Shown piece by piece: positions 40,816-40,969 of a DNA stretch of 40,969 nucleotides. The stretch covers positions 1 through 40,969 of the forward strand of contig MHPC01000002.1 in assembly GCA_001820305.1 (NCBI GenBank), given 5' to 3'. How positions within the stretch are numbered: the stretch's first letter is position 1; every line of letters begins with the position of its first letter. The translations under genes were made by a program, and so were the position numbers. The notes below the pieces were generated by a model that was not told where the DNA came from, did no database searches, and saw only the letters and a program-made list of their open reading frames with translations. The stretch comes from Candidatus Staskawiczbacteria bacterium RIFCSPLOWO2_01_FULL_43_17b. Its GTDB lineage: Bacteria > Patescibacteriota > Minisyncoccia > Minisyncoccales > Staskawiczbacteraceae.

Positions 40816-40969
40816 CCAGCAGTAGCGGTAATACAGAACCCCCGAGCGTTACCCGGATTTATTGGGCGTAAAGGGTTGGTAGGTGGCGTAGTAAGTTCAA
40901 GATTAAACCTCATCGGCTTAACCTTTGAGCTGTTTTGAATACTGCTACACTAAGAGGGCGTTAGAGGCA

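Larger units (their letters stand above)
39203..40969 (+). rRNA. 16S rRNA, 5' portion (runs off window end), interrupted by two insertions
   Basis: GAGAGTTTGATCCTAGCTCAG, GGCGAACGGCTTAGTAACACGTGG, ACTCCTACGGGAGGCTGCAG, GCCAGCAGTAGCGGTAATAC, TTATTGGGCGTAAAG conserved blocks. Confidence 0.9.

Noticed and set aside
1-40969. CRISPR arrays, integrase/transposase genes, toxin-antitoxin pairs
   Set aside because: no regularly spaced direct repeats with unique spacers and no recombinase-like ORF were seen anywhere in the window, despite several att-like and TIR-like structures.

Overview
The window reads as an AT-rich chromosomal segment of a reduced-genome bacterium of the CPR/Patescibacteria (Parcubacteria-like) type. 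Supporting this are the gene set and two hallmarks.

Genes present: cell division (ftsB-like, ftsE, ftsX, ftsZ with Lys-rich tails), translation factors and ribosomal proteins (prfB with its programmed +1 frameshift, prfA, rpmE, rpsB, tsf, rplY) and a glycolytic core (eno, gap, gpmA-like, fba, a PfkB kinase, ppsA). There is also a sortase, a DacA-like carboxypeptidase, galU and trxB.

The two hallmarks are a short EF-Ts and a partial 16S rRNA interrupted by a helix-6 intervening sequence and by an about 880-bp intron that encodes a LAGLIDADG homing endonuclease.

Superimposed on this core are several unusual things:

1. A compositionally distinct GC-rich island (about 6.4-11.5 kb) begins just downstream of tRNA-Gln. 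It encodes an 835-aa homologue of the eukaryotic major vault protein (MVP) with its own consensus promoter, RBS and terminator, followed by a GIY-YIG nuclease gene and an ABC exporter.

2. A short coding-sequence element (core CCCTTCGACAGGCTCAGGGCA, translated PSTGSGQ) is inserted in frame in three unrelated housekeeping genes (cfa, gpmA-like, ppsA).

3. The tRNA-Ile locus is heavily rearranged. A 5' tRNA fragment, a hairpin element carrying an intact tRNA-Ile, and a duplicated tRNA 3' end are arranged around one copy of an about 280-nt structured element. A second copy of that element elsewhere shows compensatory changes in its closing helices.

4. Two further repeat families are present: the 'GGGGGTCGGGGAAA' GC-rich structured elements, and telomere-like CCCTAA/CTAAA palindromes that fill intra-operon spacers.

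5. Two strong-promoter loci lack convincing ORFs and are candidate ncRNAs.

6. Two paralogous TrpR/YerC-like genes are each flanked by their own inverted hairpin pair.

7. RF1 lacks its N-terminal domain.

No CRISPR array, integrase or transposase was seen.
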